This document shows positions 46,291 through 49,165 of a stretch of DNA of 49,165 nucleotides, in pieces. The first letter of the stretch is position 1, and every line of letters starts with the position of its first letter. Origin of the DNA: Eubacteriales bacterium (GTDB lineage Bacteria; Bacillota; Clostridia; Peptostreptococcales; Anaerovoracaceae); NCBI GenBank assembly GCA_028680875.1, contig JAQUJQ010000001.1, positions 1 to 49,165 on the forward strand. The letters run 5' to 3'. A program made the translations under genes and the position numbers. Under the pieces are notes generated by a model. That model saw only the letters and a program-made list of their open reading frames with translations. It did no database searches and had not been told where the DNA came from.

Positions 46291-47529
46291 TTGTATGGTC
46301 AGGAACTTGAATCTGCAATCAATGGCTACAACTTTCAAAAGGCTGTAGCCATTATTGACACCCTTCTGTCCGATAATCCCACTCTCGATTCGGCCAAAGT
46401 CCGCTCACTCAGCCTCCAAAAGGTAAAATGTCTGAAAAAGCTCTACAAATACAATGATGCCATCACAACCATATCTTCCTTAATGGGTCCGGCACCTGAC
46501 AACGAGTTGTTGAACGAACTCGCAGAGTGTCATACACTTAACGGTAATCTTGAGGATGCAGTCTCCTGCTATTCCCTGTTGAGCATCACCAATCCTGACA
46601 ATCTGTACTACCAGATTCAGAAATGCGGTCTGCTCTACAAGATGGATAACTACAACGAAGCCATAGACATCGGAAAAGAAATAATTGCAAAGGATTCGAT
46701 TCCGGCCATTGTATCAATAGTTGCAAACAGCTATAATCTCGCCGACCAACCGGATTCAGCAGTGGTCTATTACTATAAATTACTGTCACTCACCCCTTTC
46801 AATGACAAGGTAATCAGTAAACTTTCCAACCTGCTTCTATTGGACAAACAATACGACACTGTCATCAATCTGACACAACAATATTTGGAGCAAGACTCTA
46901 CAAATCTTATAATCAATCCGATATATGGTCTTGCACTTCATTTGAAGGGGAACTATCCACTGTCACATGAAGTATTTACTAAGCAATTGGAGCTTGACGG
47001 AGACTCTTTCATGACCTATTATTATCTCGGGATGAACAACTTCCTGATGAACAATATGTTTAAAGCCGAAAAAGAATTTGAGAAAGCATACCTGATAGAT
47101 TCGTTAAACGTCAATGTAATCTATCATCTTGCATACTCCAAAGGGTGGCAGAAATACAAATTTGACGAAGAGGCCAAAAGACTGTACGACAAAGCGCTAT
47201 CCATGCTTCAACCGGACAGTTTGATGGTAAGCAAGATTTACACCGGATATGCCGTGGCTTATTTCGGCAGTCGCCAGTACAAAGATGCCATTACATACTA
47301 CAAACTTGGTTATCAATACGACAACACTTCTATAACTAACTTATCTACAATAGGTTACTGTTACAAACAGCTCAAGGATTACAAATCTGCCATCGATTAT
47401 TACAAACGTTTCCTCTCAAAAGCAAAACCCGGGACAAAATCATACCAATTTGTGGAAAAAAGTATTGAGCTTGTCAACGGCAAACTCTTTATGGAAGAGC
47501 CTCCAGAGCCCAAAGCCGTCAAAAAATAA
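46291..47529 (+). CDS. TPR-repeat protein
   Basis: 412 aa with repeated 34-aa units rich in A/Y/L (...AIDYYKRFL..., ...AITYYKLGY...). The track start is a non-ATG codon and the exact start is uncertain. Confidence 0.6.
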   Translation: MYGQELESAINGYNFQKAVAIIDTLLSDNPTLDSAKVRSLSLQKVKCLKKLYKYNDAITTISSLMGPAPDNELLNELAECHTLNGNLEDAVSCYSLLSITNPDNLYYQIQKCGLLYKMDNYNEAIDIGKEIIAKDSIPAIVSIVANSYNLADQPDSAVVYYYKLLSLTPFNDKVISKLSNLLLLDKQYDTVINLTQQYLEQDSTNLIINPIYGLALHLKGNYPLSHEVFTKQLELDGDSFMTYYYLGMNNFLMNNMFKAEKEFEKAYLIDSLNVNVIYHLAYSKGWQKYKFDEEAKRLYDKALSMLQPDSLMVSKIYTGYAVAYFGSRQYKDAITYYKLGYQYDNTSITNLSTIGYCYKQLKDYKSAIDYYKRFLSKAKPGTKSYQFVEKSIELVNGKLFMEEPPEPKAVKK

Positions 47530-47638
47530 TCAGGCCGGTTTGAAACTATCATCTCCCTCATTTTAAGCCAAAAATGAGAGAGATGCTCTTTGCGAGTCAA
47601 CTATTTTCAGGACAAGACAGGTTGCTATTTGGTACGTA

Positions 47639-47770
47639 ATGAAAAAAAATCATCCATGGTGGTACAGCCCTATAACCGGTAATGAGTTCCAGACCAGTTA
47701 TCACAAGAGCGAAGAGGTTAAAAATGGAACAAGATTATCAATCAGTAAAATATCAGGGGTTAAACTCTAA
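47639..47770 (+). pseudogene. possible HicA-like toxin remnant (43 codons)
   Basis: The ATG at 47639 gives MKKNHPWWYSPITGNEFQTSYHKSEEVKNGTRLSISKISGVKL. The end resembles the HicA C-terminus (...GT...I.KQAGL). The ORF lies 20 nt upstream of the HicB-like gene and is too short for a full HicA. Confidence 0.25.
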
Positions 47771-47790
47771 CCCCTGAAAAAGGAGTAAAT

Positions 47791-48201
47791 ATGATTATTA
47801 AAGCAATTATCGAAAGAGGAACAGATGGGTCTTATGATATTCACTTTGATTCAGAAGAAGCATCAGTTGTCCCTTTCTCTCTGTTGGGACAGGGAAAGAG
47901 TGTAAAAGAAGCTATTCGGGATTTTTATGAGAGTAGAGATGAATTGAAAAATCATTATAATGAACTAAATAGGGAATTTCCGGACATTGAATTCCATTTT
48001 AAATACGATATGGCTTCATTTTTGGAATATTATTCGGGAGTTCTCACATTGGCCGGATTGGAAAGATTGACAGGGATAAATCAGGGTCAGTTGAGCCATT
48101 ATGTAACAGGTCATCGCAAGCCGAGCGCCAAAACGGTATTGAAGATTGAACAATCAATCCATTCGTTCAGCAAAGAATTAAGCCAAGTGAATTTTGTTTG
48201 A
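47791..48201 (+). CDS. HicB-like antitoxin with C-terminal XRE-type HTH
   Basis: 136 aa. The N-terminus MIIKAIIERGTDGSYDIHFD... is HicB-fold-like. The C-terminus has LERLTGINQGQLSHYVTGHRKPSAKTVLKI. Confidence 0.55.
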   Translation: MIIKAIIERGTDGSYDIHFDSEEASVVPFSLLGQGKSVKEAIRDFYESRDELKNHYNELNREFPDIEFHFKYDMASFLEYYSGVLTLAGLERLTGINQGQLSHYVTGHRKPSAKTVLKIEQSIHSFSKELSQVNFV

Positions 48202-48388
48202 TTAACGCTCAACAATAATTTGGCAGGAGGATGGCTGTTTGTCAGTCATCCTCTTTTTAACATCCTCCATGCAATCATCAGTACAGCGAGGATAAGGCCG
48301 GCAATACCTGTCCACATTAACGCTTCCTGCCACCATTTCATAATACCTGATTGCGTATAATTACCTCTTTTTCGGACGTGGCTGCTGT

Positions 48389-48424
48389 CCTTCATTTTCA
48401 TCCCAAATTACAATGATTAAGGAC
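48389..48424. repeat. 34-36-bp direct repeat, copy 1
   Basis: CCTTCATTTTCATCCCAAATTACAATGATTAAGGAC. Confidence 0.9.
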
Positions 48425-48692
48425 TTGACGAGCACCTCAGTTTGAACTTATAAGAATTACTTGTGAGTTCGATTTTCCAATAGATAGCCTAATGTTCTAA
48501 TCATGTTCAAATTATAATGTACATTGCTTATTACCAGACAAGAACCTTCTTGGCGAACTTGTAAGAAATCCTTACAAGTTGGCTATTTCGGAGCATTACC
48601 ACCCAAATACCATAAACCTCCTCTTGATTTATCATCTCCATTATTTATTTTTGCATTGGTGATTGGATATTGTGAGGCAAGTACCATCATGC
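48423..48692. repeat. inverted-repeat copy B of the ~270-280-bp element
   Basis: It is the reverse complement of 35610-35892. It is flanked on both sides by the 34-36-bp direct repeat. Confidence 0.85.
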
Positions 48693-48708
48693 TCTGTCAC
48701 GTATTGAC

Positions 48709-48742
48709 CCTTCATTTTTATCCCAAATTACAATGATTAAGG
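48709..48742. repeat. 34-36-bp direct repeat, copy 2
   Basis: CCTTCATTTTTATCCCAAATTACAATGATTAAGG. Confidence 0.9.
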
Positions 48743-49004
48743 CAAATCCCTTGTAGGACAGTGAGTTGGTTAAAGAAGCATTGTATGGTGGATTGTATGT
48801 TCCCGAATATACAAGGTCGTCTTTGTTCAGTTCGCTATATTTCAAGGTCTCGCTGCCATCGGCCCTGATTGCAATAGGAGCACCTTTTTCGCTCAGTCCT
48901 TTGTATTTTACACTGAATAATGCATCCATAGGATAGCCTTCTCTATTATTTAAGCCACTCCAATAACTGCTTGCAGATTCACTTGTGGTTTCAATCTTGG
49001 TAAT
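48743..49004 (-). pseudogene. internal fragment of a SusC/RagA-type TonB-dependent receptor
   Basis: The open frame reads ITKIETTSESASSYWSGLNNREGYPMDALFSVKYKGLSEKGAPI...YSGTYNPPYNASLTNSLSYKGFA. The segments ...YKGF and REGYP..ALF are typical SusC barrel segments. The frame is bounded exactly by repeat copies 2 and 3. Confidence 0.5.
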
Positions 49005-49040
49005 CCTTCATTTTTATCCCAAATTACAATGATTAAGGAC
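49005..49040. repeat. 34-36-bp direct repeat, copy 3
   Basis: CCTTCATTTTTATCCCAAATTACAATGATTAAGGAC. Confidence 0.9.
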
Positions 49041-49165
49041 ATCGTGGATTTATCATTATTGAGGGTAAATTGTCTTGAAGATGTAGGGACGGTTACTGTA
49101 TCTGTAAGGAACACATCCACAGGTGATGTGATTACCGATTCGTTCAACTCCGTTAGCGGGCAGGC
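49041..49165 (-). pseudogene. upstream fragment of the same or another surface-protein ORF (runs off the window)
   Basis: The open frame reads ...LTELNESVITSPVDVFLTDTVTVPTSSRQFTLNNDKST up to repeat copy 3. It is out of frame with the downstream SusC-like fragment unless about 35 nt are removed. Confidence 0.3.

Noticed and set aside
48524-48736. 70-aa plus-strand ORF
   Set aside because: It lies entirely within inverted-repeat copy B and the 34-bp repeat. The equivalent frame in copy A is not conserved.
48389-49040. A second CRISPR-like array formed by the 34-36-bp repeats
   Set aside because: The intervals are 262-284 bp rather than 25-40 bp. One interval is a copy of a repeated element and one is a gene fragment. 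There are only three copies and no adjacent cas genes.

Overview
All family calls come from motif recognition by eye. No database search was run. The window looks like a Bacteroidales-type chromosome segment; this taxon call is an inference from the 47-nt type II-C repeats, TAnnTTTG promoter-like boxes, and SusC/TonB/lipobox genes.

- **1-5.8 kb:** ordinary genes, namely a thioredoxin lipoprotein, a MarR-like regulator, an HHxxxDG acyltransferase, a BlaI/BlaR1 pair and an RsiV-like lipoprotein.
- **5.9-13.35 kb:** a complete type II-C CRISPR-Cas locus. It has a minus-strand tracrRNA, cas9, cas1, cas2 and 9 repeats. An extra Bro-N/DinD-like gene is wedged between cas9 and cas1.
- **13.34-35.11 kb:** a ~21.8-kb element with a tyrosine integrase sits inside one CRISPR repeat. 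The two junctions are hybrid repeats. The other 5 spacers follow at 35.1-35.5 kb.
- **Element cargo:** a holin/endolysin/spanin cassette plus a DUF6266-like gene; a 1.4-kb ORF-free purine-rich region; an AlbA_2 regulator; a QatABCD defence system; an XRE-SIR2-HerA defence system; a primase/DUF3987 replication module; two excisionase-like HTH genes; and an RteC-like gene with an ABC-F ATPase.
- **35.6-48.7 kb:** a 12.5-kb block of mixed genes (M28 peptidase, Fic, deacetylase, DEAD-box helicase, YbaK-like, CAT, OMP, GyrI-like, MFS, LuxR-like, TonB-C, TPR, HicB-like). It is bracketed by ~270-280-bp inverted repeats.
- **48.4-49.2 kb:** three direct copies of a 34-36-bp repeat cut up a SusC-like reading frame.

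The strongest candidate for new biology is the integrative, defence-carrying element that appears to use the CRISPR repeat as its attachment site. The dinD-like gene inside the cas operon and the large noncoding region on the element come next.
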